A stretch of 61,845 nt of DNA, counting the filler, from Basidiobolus ranarum (Eukaryota), in the NCBI GenBank assembly GCA_040143965.1. It is 14 parts of 14 records of this genome, joined end to end, with 100 filler letters (N's around TTAATTAATTAA, not from the genome) between each part and the next. Parts side by side here need not be neighbours in the genome. Positions count along the whole stretch, not along the records: positions 48,697 to 53,016 come from JASJQH010002015.1; positions 53,117 to 57,432 come from JASJQH010002016.1; positions 57,533 to 61,845 come from JASJQH010002017.1; 11 more parts are not named here. The stretch is one strand, 5' to 3'. Made by a program: the position numbers and the translations under genes. Below, piece by piece: positions 49,059-60,526 of the stretch (positions within the stretch are counted from its first letter, which is position 1; each line of letters begins with the position of its first letter). Below the pieces are notes generated by a model that saw only the letters and a list, made by a program, of their open reading frames with translations, ran no database searches and was not told where the DNA came from.

Positions 49059-50570
49059 ATGGATGCCTTAAGCTCCTCCCTTGGAATCCCGTTGTCAACC
49101 TTGAAGCTGCTTGGAACTATAGTGCTCGCTTATCCTGCTGCGCTTGTGTACCGTTTTCTTTATCTTCACCCTATAAAATCCCCCAGAGCGCAGGAACAAC
49201 GTAATTTGTATATAGTTGTTGTTGGCTTAGCTCTGTCCTTTTTCTTTTCAGGCACAAACATTATTCACTCTTTAATTACAGTTTCGTTTACCTGGACAAC
49301 CTGCAAGCTGCTGGATAAGTGCCGAGGATTGGCAGTGGTGATATGCTTCTTGTTTAACACCATATATCTACTTGGTGGATACTACTCGAATTCTTTACAA
49401 ACGTATGATATCACTTGGACCATGCCACAATGCATACTCTGCCTTCGAATGCTAGGATTATCCTGGGACTTCTATGACGGTCGTAAAGTTCATAAAGTAC
49501 AAGTTGCAAGTATTGAGCAAAGAAGTGACAATAGTAGACACGAGCCTGACAATAGGCCCGCTCTTAAAACTTCGAGACCACCTTCTAAAACTCCTGCCTC
49601 CTTTACCGATACTGCGTTGCCAAGTTTACCCTCGTATCTTGAGATTTTAGGATACTCGTATTTCTTTGGTTCATTTCTCATTGGCCCTCAATTCTCTTTC
49701 AGCCTGTACAAACGGTTTTTAAACCTTCAGCATCTTCCAAAGGGGGGACAAATGGTGCCATATGGCTCATACACCCGTGCTATTCGCTGTTTCTTTGTTG
49801 GCGTGTTTTACCTAGCAATTCAACAATTGATCGGTGCTCATTATCCTGCGGCTTACATGGTCACGGAGAAGTTTGGGGAGCTTTCGTTCATCAGCCGATT
49901 TGCATACATGTGGATGGCAGGGAAGTTTGTGCTAAACAAATATCTAGGAGTTTGGTCACTAAATGAGGGGTCTGGGGCATTGTGTGGATTCTCTATCAAT
50001 GAATACGATCAAACAGGCACACCTCGTTGGGACAGTCTTGCCAACGTTGACGTTTATAAATATGAAACAGCCACTTCTCTAACCCAGATCATTGAATCAT
50101 TCAATTTAAACACGAACTTATGGAGCAAATACTATATCTTCAAGCGACTCAAATTTATGGGAAACAAGCATATCTCCACTTTCTTTACCCTCTTCTTCCT
50201 GGCACTCTGGCACGGAGTTCATCCAGGATATTTCATATGCTTTGCTAGTGAATTCATTGATGTAATGGCCGAGCGTATTGGCGCACAGCTTTTGGCTCCG
50301 TACGTCAAGTGGATGTATGTTTCTGATGATAAATCGATGAAAACTCAAATATGCCGTAGAGCGCATCAAGCATTCACCTGGTTCCTAACCACGTCTGCTT
50401 TGTATTACGCCATCATACCTTTCGAGTTGCTTCAATTGAGAGACTCAATCATCGCATGGGGGCAGGTATACTTCATTGGTACCCTTGTTGTATTAGGACT
50501 TATTGCAGTGGATGTCATTAAGACGCAAATACCTACCAAGAGAAAAGTGAAGTCGGAAAAAGTTCTTTGA
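49059..50570 (+). CDS. MBOAT lysophospholipid acyltransferase, LPCAT3/MBOAT5-like, 503 aa, intronless CDS
   Basis: YDITWTMPQCILCLR, FLIGPQF, FNLNTNLWSKYYIFKRLKFMGNK, LALWHGVHPGY (catalytic His). Multi-TM protein. Possible 5'UTR intron 48964-49049. Confidence 0.93.
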   Translation: MDALSSSLGIPLSTLKLLGTIVLAYPAALVYRFLYLHPIKSPRAQEQRNLYIVVVGLALSFFFSGTNIIHSLITVSFTWTTCKLLDKCRGLAVVICFLFNTIYLLGGYYSNSLQTYDITWTMPQCILCLRMLGLSWDFYDGRKVHKVQVASIEQRSDNSRHEPDNRPALKTSRPPSKTPASFTDTALPSLPSYLEILGYSYFFGSFLIGPQFSFSLYKRFLNLQHLPKGGQMVPYGSYTRAIRCFFVGVFYLAIQQLIGAHYPAAYMVTEKFGELSFISRFAYMWMAGKFVLNKYLGVWSLNEGSGALCGFSINEYDQTGTPRWDSLANVDVYKYETATSLTQIIESFNLNTNLWSKYYIFKRLKFMGNKHISTFFTLFFLALWHGVHPGYFICFASEFIDVMAERIGAQLLAPYVKWMYVSDDKSMKTQICRRAHQAFTWFLTTSALYYAIIPFELLQLRDSIIAWGQVYFIGTLVVLGLIAVDVIKTQIPTKRKVKSEKVL

Positions 50571-51160
50571 AGAATTCACCATCGTTGTGGCATAATTACA
50601 GTAATAGTGGAGGTTTTCAGCATTCAACATAACCCTGTAATCTATCCCTGCGCTGATCCCATCACTCATCAATCGATTTAGTTGGCGAAGTTACGTTTAC
50701 GTATTACCTCTTGTATCCATCTCCAGTTGTACCTAAAATACTAAATAATGTGGTGGCTCATCTTAGCAACGCAGCCAAACAATCCACTTCTCGTCACATA
50801 AACAATATATAAAAATTCAATCCTTTTTTCCCAATTCAGTCCTATTTATAGAAATTGCTGTTGTTGTATTCGAAGTGTTTGGGACAAGTTTACGTATGTT
50901 GTGTGTTTACCTCAATGTGTTGCCGAGTCACTCGCAAACTCTTCAATCTTTACTCGTAGTACTCTAAAAACCCATTCCTGCAGTTGATTTTCTTAGGTTT
51001 GCCTTACTGTCTTGACCTAAACACTTCTACTTCATCTCCAATACTGGCAACACTTACTGTTTTATTGAAATTACAAAAAGTATTTATACTTATATCGGAA
51101 ATAATGAAAGGTAATGACAGAGATGTATTCCTATAATGTTCAGAAATTTGGAGCTAACAT

Positions 51161-51485
51161 TGCTGAAGTATTTTGGGAGTTTGTTGGAAGTAGTTTGGAG
51201 AACTATAAAGAATTGATGGTTTTCACTTACTGATTTATTGAGTAGAAAGTTGACATTTAAAGTTTTGTCAAGAGATAAACAAACATATATAATATGTTAA
51301 GGAAGGTTCTAGGAACATGTGTGCCAAGTTTGGGGCTTCTAGGACAAGTTTTTAAAATCTATATATCTTCAAACTTCCAAGTACATTCCGATTTCGAAGA
51401 GTAGGTGATATCGTAGTTCAATATGGAATAACTAAATGTTAAGCAATATATAACTATATAGATGTTAGGCCATGTTATTTCAACA
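51161..51485 (-). mobile_element. Solo LTR-1
   Basis: Full-length diverged reverse complement of 36193-36539 with no internal domains adjacent. Flanks AACAT/AAAAT resemble a 5-bp TSD with 1 mismatch. Confidence 0.8.
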
Positions 51486-52931
51486 AAAATTTGGGGAGTT
51501 TTGGACGAGCTTGAAAATTTCTATCTTCTCTGAACATTTCTGATATTTGTCAAATATATCCAAACATGTGAAGATTTTGACTGGTGAAATATTATCTAAA
51601 TCAATATAAACTATGCTAAACAAGATATATGACTAGCAAGGTGCGTAATTCCAGTATTTCAACAGAGTACACTTCATTCTTAGTGTATCTAAAGAAATTA
51701 CTATCCTACCTCACGTGATTAACTTTTGATACTTTAGCAAGTGCATAACCTGAAGATAATATCTTTTCAAGAAAATTTAAAGATATTCAAGTATAGCTTT
51801 TATTGAATTATGTTGAATTCAGTTTTATATGTTGAAGCTATTCCAAGACTTTACCATTACTTGGTCCTCAATGGTGATTATATTATATTCTGAAGTGGCC
51901 AACGATATTAAAATAGTAACCGAACTATTAAGCAAATTGACGATACTTTTAAGTTAGTGATTTATTTTGTATTTTATTGGAATATACCAACCACCCTCGC
52001 CGTGGTTGGAATAATTAACCTGCAAGAACATTCACTGAAAAAACTCGGAGATGCTTAAGAATGAAAAAAGTGGACACCTCCCTCGAACAGTGGACCACTA
52101 TTCATCTATGCTGAAGTTGAGAATATATATATATACATAGCCCTGTCAAGTATAGTCGTGATTTTCAAATCATATTCTTCGTCAAATTCAAGTAAGTTCA
52201 GCGCAAGAGCGATGTAATGAGCAAGAGAATTTTTGATGGTGACCTAGGATCTCAACTGTGACGGGGTTTACACGTCTTATTAGTAAGGGTTTACCAATTA
52301 AATCATCAATCTTCTAGTATGGATGAAAAAGTACTATCCAATGGAATGGCAAGAGCATCGTTTCTTGATAGTAATTGGCTACAGTTAACAAATCTCAGCT
52401 CTCGTATCAAAGGCAAACATCGCTGTACTATGAAACAACCAGTATATAATTCCGTTTCTATATGCTTCCAAGAGCGAGGTCGAATAAATCCCCAAAATGT
52501 AACATTACACCAGTTTTAAGAGCTTATCGTAAATAAAGTTATCCTACATAGCTGGAGACTGTAAGGATTCCATGTGCAATGCTATTTCGTATTGAACCCA
52601 TGGAATTCTTTCCTAATTGCGTTGGTTGTCTGATCATGGCCACCAGATCGCCATATCGATGTAATTAGTGTGGGAGCAATCACAGATATCAACATAGCTT
52701 CGGATATTCTTTGTATTGAATGGATGAACAAACTTTAAATGATTGCTATATCGAGAGAGCAGCTAACTGGAAAACAACATACCAACCATATGTGGACCAC
52801 ACAGATGAATGTGGTACAGAATCATGCTCCACATGGCAGTTAATTTGGTTTAGTGACTGTTTCTGAAGAGAATACCACTTAGCGTTGCTTATGAGAGCTT
52901 CATGCGTATTAACCCACATTAGCCCTATTAT

Positions 52932-52981
52932 TTTCTGGAAAATTCCACAATCTTCCGGAACATTCCACAAGATTCTTGGAA
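52932..52981. promoter_or_regulatory. Long heat-shock element array
   Basis: TTCtgGAAaaTTCcaCAAtcTTCcgGAAcaTTCcaCAAgaTTCttGGA: ten in-phase alternating pentamers. CCAAT at ~53007. Confidence 0.7.
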
Positions 52982-53116
52982 TATTTGATGATTGATTGAG
53001 TTTTGACCAATCAAAANNNNNNNNNNNNNNNNNNNNNNNNNNNNNNNNNNNNNNNNNNNNTTAATTAATTAANNNNNNNNNNNNNNNNNNNNNNNNNNNN
53101 NNNNNNNNNNNNNNNN

Positions 53117-55223
53117 TATTACCAAAATACTTGATGGATATCACTACCAGAATCTGAAAAGTCAAGGTTTCTTTGAGAACATGTATAATCATGCATATGC
53201 ATTGGCTCTGAATGGTTTCTTGCTAAACAATTAAAGCATTGGAAAGGCTTGCTGGCCAATAATTTTTATAAACTTCAATCTCCCTCCTTCATAACAGTGT
53301 GAGAGTCATGATATCTGATATTATCCATGATATCTGGACCTAAATCCCCAGTGCTTACAGATAGCTTCTTGGAGCCTTTGATTGCAGAATTTGAATGTTT
53401 AGCTAATAGGGTTCAGATCGGTGAATAATTTTTTAAAGCTAATATCATTGTATATATTGGCTACACTCCTTCCATCAGTAAACTTGGAGGTTTTTGCAGT
53501 CACAATGCACTATCTTGCGGTGGATTTTGCCAAAGTAATGGAGTCTACTCAATAAGGCAGCCACATTACTAATATCAATATACAAAACTAAACTCCAAGA
53601 TTTTACCATCATCAGCCCGGTCAGTTTTAACATGATCACTGATATCAATTCACCAAATAGTCGGTCTAACATCAAACTTTGTATTAGCCATAAGCATAAG
53701 TTTATATTGCTAAAGGGGTTCTTCTGGGGCCAGAGCTTCCCATTAGGCATTATGCACTTACTATTCAACAACATTCCAATACTACTTACTCAGCTATGGG
53801 GTGAAAAAGTCAATATGAATGAGCCATTTGAGATAGGATTAAAGCTTGAATTGATTGGGAATATGCTTGAAAACATCAAGACACCATCATATTATACCAG
53901 GACTCCCATAAATTTCCACTCAGCTAGGCATTTAGTCAAATGCAAAGACTAGAAGTATTGGATTTGTATATTCAATGGTAATCTAAAAACAATTCCTGCC
54001 TGATAAGTATTGACAACATTGGAAGTTGTTTGTGGATATTGATAATATATTCTTATGCCATCAACTTGCATTGGCAGATCTCAGGCAGATACAGTAACTG
54101 TGTGAAGATTTTGTAATTGAATATGAAAAACCTTATTACAGGTTTAAAGAAGATAGACTGAATTTATGCCAGTATTCAATACATTCCCTGCTGCATCTTT
54201 AACAATGCTTAGAGACTGTAGGCCCTTGCTATACATTCTGGGAGTTCCCAAAGAAGCCCATCTGCAGTGAGATGGTGCTCCATGTGAAATTGTTAGTATT
54301 ACCATGTGCTAATCTGATTAATAATATATTAGCAAAATAAGTGAAGGATTTAATGCAATGGGTTAAGGATACTCCAAAGTATATTTAACTTCCAACAAAG
54401 AGCTCTTTTCAGCGAGCTCATGGTTTTTCACATTGTTTGAGCTTAATAAAAGCAACAAAGCCCAATCCATGGACAAAGAGTGAGTCCCTCTATGATTTGG
54501 ACTAGTTGTTTTTGTAACAATCTGATAGTAATGCTAGGAAAGCTGCAAGACAGACTTGTTAAGTGAGACAGATTGAGATCTGCAGTATTATTGTTTTAAC
54601 TGTGGGGTAATCTATTCAAGGAGTGACACATCTACTTGTGGCAGGATATTTGTCAACTGCAGGTTAGGGATAAATTGACTGAATTCTTTATGGAAATTTG
54701 CCAAAATCCAAGAGCTTAATCTCATTGTGAATGGTAACAAGAGTCAGCTATTTGCCAACTGTCAGTGCTAATTAAAATTTCCGATATTTAGCAGTTTTTC
54801 CACCATTAATTTGCTGGTAGAGCATATTGATGTTGTTGAGTTATGTTTGATCAGTCAAGTACATGCATATGCAGAGACTAAACACAACAAGAATCTTGTA
54901 TCTTTTGATTCTCATTATGGCTGGAATAGAGAGCCTAAAATATCTAAATAAGGCTTATATATTAATTCATATTCCTGCAGCATTAAACATAGTAATTTGC
55001 CATTCAAAAATTACATTTTGTAAAAATTGTCAGAAATCAAATATTCATGCTAAATATGATGATATATATTTTAACATGTATGAATACCATTAAGAAACCA
55101 CCATGACTTCAACAAAATGCCTGGCAGAATGCAAGCCACCAATATTGTGATGGTTCTCTGACTGTTTTGCAATTTAGAAGGGAGGATCTGATCCGTATCA
55201 AATTGCTTTTATTTTTGTTAGGG
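53117..55223 (+). mobile_element. Degenerate CMC transposase copy with terminus ...TTTTTGTTAGGG
   Basis: Collinear with 26690-28549 and 36540-38454. Confidence 0.9.
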
Positions 55224-57262
55224 ACACTTGGCAAATGGCTGACTCTTGCTAACATTCACAATGAGAAGAAGCTCTTGGATTTTGGCAACTTTCCATACAC
55301 AATTTAGCCAAAATATGCAGAACTTGCAGTCAACAAATGTCCTACCACAAGTAGATGTGTCATTGCTTGAATAGATTATATCATGGCAAAAACAATAATA
55401 CTGTGTATCTTGATCTATCTCACCAAGAAGTCTGTCTTGCAGCTTTCATAGAAATACCATCGGATTATTTCACAAACAAATTAGTCCAAATTACAGATGT
55501 ACTTACTCTGTGTCTATAGATTAGGCTTTGTTGCTGTTATTGTGCTTAAACATAGCAACAACCTGTGAGAACAGTGAAAAGAGCTCTTTTTTGGAAGGTT
55601 AATCTGATCTGTATTCTCCTTAACCCATTGCATTACATCCATCACTGATTTTGCTAATATATTGCTAATCACATTAGTGTATGTTAATACTGGTGATTTC
55701 ACACAGAACCACATTTCACTGCAGGTGTGCTCCATTGGGAACTACCAGATGTATAGCAAGGGCCTACAATCACTAATCATTGTGAAAGATGCAGCAGGGA
55801 TTGTATTGAATACTGGCACAGATTTGGTCAATCATCTTTAAACCTGTAATAAAGTTTTTCATATCCAATTTCAAATCTTAACACAGTGGCCATATCTGCC
55901 TGAGATCTGCCAATGAGAGTTGATGCTGTAAGAATGTATTAGCAATACCAACAAACAACTCCCAATGTTGCCAATACCTATCAGGTAGAAATCTTTTCAA
56001 GATTCCACTTGAATATATATAAATCCAATACTTCTAGTCTTTGCATTTGAATAAATGCCTAGATGAGTGGATATTGAAGTGGGACCTGGTTAAATAAAAT
56101 GGTATCTGTACATTTTCAACCATTTTCCCAGTTAATTCAAACTTTGATTCTATCTTCAATGGCTCAATCATATTGAATTTTCCACTCTATAGCTAAGTAA
56201 GTAGTATTGAATGTTGCTGAATAGTAAGTGTTTAGTGCCTAATGGGAAGCTCTGGCTCCAGCTGATTCCCTTTAGCAATATAATCTTAGGCTTATGGCTA
56301 ACACCAAGTTTGATGTTTGACTGACTATTTGGTGAATTGATATCAGTAAGCACATTGAGATCTGACCAGGCTATTGACAGCAAAATCATAGAGTTTAGTG
56401 TTGTATTTGGATAGTAGTAATGCATATCCCTGAAAGAGTAAACTCCATTGATTTCATAAAATCTATAGCCAGATAGTGCATTCTGTCTGCAAAAACCTCC
56501 AAGTATACTGATGGCAGGAGTGTCACCAATACATAAAATGATATTAGGTTTAATAAAAAATTCACCCTTCTGAACCCAATTGGATAACCTTTCAATTTTA
56601 CAAACAAAGGCTCCAAGAAGCTATCTATAAGCACTGGTGATTTAGGCCCAGATATGATGGATAGTATCAAAATATTATGACTCAGACCACTCAGAAAGAG
56701 GAAGATTTGAATTAATTAATATTATTGGCCAGCAAGCCTTTCCAATGGTATATTTGTTTAGTAAGAAACCATCTAGAGCCAATGCAAATGCATGATCATA
56801 CATGTTCTCAAAGAAACCTTGACATTTCAGATTCTGGTAGTGATATCCATCATGTATATTGGTAATACCATCAGCTTTATGATGAGTACTTTGGTATTGG
56901 ATCAATGATATATATTTGGGTGATTTCAGCAAAACTTTAAGACAAGGAATCAATGGTAAGTAAGCCAAATATGAATGATATTTACCTGATTTAGTGATTG
57001 CCAATTGTGTATAAACAGTACATGACTTCAGGTCTGACAGGTCACCAGTGAAAGCCAAACAGCCATTTGGACATGAAGGCAGTTTAATTACTGAAGGATT
57101 ATAAGTCACACAATTGACAGGTGTTTTCCACCTGTACCAGGTCTGTGGCAAGCAACAGTTGCCAATCAACTGTGTTAAAAGTGTAAGAAAACCAATACAC
57201 ACCTGGTTGCTAATATTAGATTGAACTCTCCACTCCTCAATAATCAAAGCTACTTCCTTTAC
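55224..57262 (-). mobile_element. Degenerate CMC transposase copy, opposite orientation
   Basis: CPNGCLAF, YLPLIP, DGFLL..CWPIILIN.NLP, IISGPKSP, GDTPA, PMEHTC. Confidence 0.9.
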
Positions 57263-57432
57263 TGTAAGTGCTATGAGTAGCCTAATGTCACAATAAGGAA
57301 CTGGACAAGGACTGGGAACAATGACAAGAGGCTAAAAGGCAGGAGAGTACTTGGGTGTAGACCACAAGACAAGACAAGAAAAGACTGGACAAGGAAGATA
57401 CTCTGGCAAGAATCTTTATTGATAACTGGCAT
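57263..57432. mobile_element. Probable LTR of a different retroelement inserted in the transposase
   Basis: Homology breaks near TGTAAG. Purine-rich GACAAG repeats and a reverse AATAAA follow. Confidence 0.4.
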
Positions 57433-57959
57433 NNNNNNNNNNNNNNNNNNNNNNNNNNNNNNNNNNNNNNNNNNNNTTAATTAATTAANNNNNNNNNNNN
57501 NNNNNNNNNNNNNNNNNNNNNNNNNNNNNNNNGTGTCAAATATACAATATTGTAAGAACTATACTTCTAGAGCTGTGAAAATATTTTGCCAGTGTGGAAA
57601 GTCAGTATGACTTTTAATGATACATTTCTGCACTACTATACATTAGTGACTATGCCACATACCACTATTAATTACAATTTTTTGGAGATTTGGCATAATA
57701 TGATTTGATTCTTATTGAAGCATTATTTCTATAAAAAATATAGTTATACACTTAGCTGGAATTGCATGGAGTGTAATGAAGTTGATTGATTTCTTACTGG
57801 AGCAAAATTACTCAATCGAAAAAGACCTCATAGATTTTACTTTTTATGTAAGTACTTGTACCAACCAAAATATTCATTTGTTTTTTTGTTTATAAGTAAA
57901 AATAGGGCAGGTCAACAATGGTGAGAGATTTTCAGGTTCCTCTACATGAGCTTCAGTAA

Positions 57960-60060
57960 GAGGCTACACCCTCCATCAAATAGCATGCTGAGCTTTAATT
58001 AATCTCCCTTGACACAAACAAATGTTGCCATGATAATGAAGCAGAGCCAGTTGGGCAAGTAGCTGTCAAGCCTACACAGCCTTCTGCAGCTGCTTGGGTT
58101 CATAATATAATAATTCTCAGAGAGATACTGGCAAGCAAACTGACTTTTGATTTCAGAGCTGTATTTACTTGTCTAGATAAATGATTCAACATCTGGGAAA
58201 CCATGCATTATGTCCTCCATGTTTTTTTGATCTAAAAAAATCCCAAGGAACCAGTAACTAGCCATTGCTAAAAAGCTCTTGACTTATTTCATGTAACATT
58301 TGCTTGATTTATAAAATATATGGCAATTGGGCAAGTATAGCCCTATCCATGAAATATCTCAAAAGCATATATAGTTACCAGGTTGGAAAAAAAAGCTGCT
58401 AAAGTAGTACACACATTACAGAATTACAATTGATTTGATCTAGATTGGATCTACCCTTACCAGAGTAATCCTATTAGAGGATTAGAGGACCTGAGCACCA
58501 TGACAAAATCATCCATTGATATTTTGCCAGATTTCATGACTATCTAACTGTAGTATATCAATATTGTTCTCACAGTACTTTGTCATGTCAAAGTATTGAT
58601 CCTGAATTTCTAGCAAACAACTTTTATAATATAAAGTGTATTGCAAGAATACTTCTTCTGGTTGGCATTTTGACTGGTTCATTGCTATATAAATTCAAAT
58701 AAACCTGCGTGTTTTTATTTACCAATTTTGTGCCATTTGTTCCAGTCATAATGTGAATCAAAAAATACTAGCATCTTTTTGCATTTGGTGTCTATGTATA
58801 GACACTCATGACTAATTAGATATATATCTACAATACTAATATGCTTTGACAACAGACTAATGTCATGACATTGTTCAACAACAGATAGTTGAAGTAACAT
58901 TGATACTTGGCAAATAGCAGAATTTTGCAATGACTGTTAATACAAATAAGTTCCTGAATTTATGCAAGTTTTTGAAAGTGCTCAGCCAAAATGTCCCTGA
59001 CAATTAACAAATATGTCACAGCATGTGCAAGTGTCAATACTTAATATGTTATGCCATGACTACAATAAAAATATCACATATCTTCATCTTTCTCACAAAT
59101 TCACTCTTCTGGCCCTCCTAAGAATACTGGCCTATTTTAGCATTATAAGGCTCTTTGCAAATAATGGCTTTGTAAAGAGAACATGCATCTGCATTTTTAT
59201 TCTATGACGTCTTTGGCTTTCATAGCATAAGAGTTTGTAACAATAATAACAAGGCTTCTTTGACTGTTAGAATTATAAAATGGTAAGGGCATTGTGCTTG
59301 AAAAAAAGAACCCTAGTTTCATCAGAGTAAAGTTTTAGCTATAAAAGATTGAAGATATTAGCTGATTCTCAGTCAGTGTTGAATATAGTTCATCTGGAGT
59401 TTTACAAGTGGGATCTGGGAATGAGCCATAGTTGTGGCTTATTAACTTGGTTCACACCTGTTTAATTTTGTCAATTTTTGATATTTGTAGAAATAATGAT
59501 AGCCAAGAAAATCTAAACTCAAGGAATCAAAAATTGGCCTAATACTCTCAGATCTGTATGTTCTACCCTAAGAGATATCTCAGAGTTAATATTTAAAAAG
59601 TCACAATGTTAAATCCTTTAGGTCTTATGATCTAAACACTACTATGATATTGTCACACTGAATTGTTGAGTAATCATATTTTTTACTTTCAGAGTTGAAA
59701 CTTAAAGTTCTTGCAAAATGGTTGCTTATCATTGGCTAAAATAGTGAATAACTCAGGATCAAGCAATGTTTGAAAAATACAACTCATATTTGCTAATTTA
59801 TTACTTGTTGGCAGATATTGGTGTTTTGCAATCTTCAATTTCTGTGCTATATTCTTCTAAATGGTGCAATAAAGTGCATGATAACCAAGTATAGTCCATA
59901 TCCATCATGGGTTTGCATCAGTAACTCCATCAAACACCACCATTACAATATTGTTGTAATACTGATATTCTTCTAGTTATCTGGTGGGCACTCTGCAAGC
60001 TGTTGCTACTCTTCATTATGCACTTCCCAGATATCTGCATGGTGAACTCCAAAATTGATA
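57960..60060. mobile_element. Fragments of a diverged second CMC subfamily (ORF2 + ~57960-58410; transposase tail - ~58413-59250; ORF2 end - 59566-60060)
   Basis: YIDTKCKKMLVFFDSHYDWN versus YIETKHNEILVFFYSHKGWN. CATGAAATATCTCAAAA is shared with 45494. Terminus CCCTAAGAGA at 59566. Confidence 0.65.
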
Positions 60061-60269
60061 TCTAGTCTTATCTAACATTTTGTTGGAACAAATATCTATC
60101 CCAATGGGGACTACTTTTAACTTGATCCAATATGACTCCAATCAGATGTTCTTATATTCCAATATAAAAACATAAGCTTCATGTTTAATTTATGGTTGGT
60201 AGTTTTGTGTAAGTCATGTTGAAAAATGACCAAATGTTGCATATTTTGAGAGAGTTTTATATCAATAGT

Positions 60270-60450
60270 GTGACAATTATGGGTTAGATCAAACTATGAC
60301 AGCTAAGCAGATTTTAAATCTTTGAAAGGAGCAGTGAATCTTTTTATAAAATGCATACAATATGAATCAAATTTTGATCTCACTGCACACTGAAGTGCAT
60401 GTTGGGGAAGAGATATAGAGGACAGATATACATTTTTATGCTATAATGAA
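60270..60450 (+). mobile_element. Old Copia RT/RNase H fragment
   Basis: Aligns with 35600-35800 (TTTGAAAGG..GTG, TGGGGAAGAGATAT). Confidence 0.55.
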
Positions 60451-60526
60451 GTGCGCACTTGTAACTCAATTGAATATCTTTTTGCATCATTCTCAACTCA
60501 TTTGTTTATTTACTTCTTGACAAGAA

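Noticed and set aside
52130-52900. Possible small spliced minus-strand gene left of the HSE
   Set aside because: Splice-like signals exist, but I could not assemble a convincing ORF or recognise a domain.
4334-57532. Regularly spaced TTAATTAATTAA motifs within N runs
   Set aside because: Artificial six-frame-stop linkers between size-sorted contigs. Adjacency across them has no biological meaning, so no cross-contig gene cluster is claimed.
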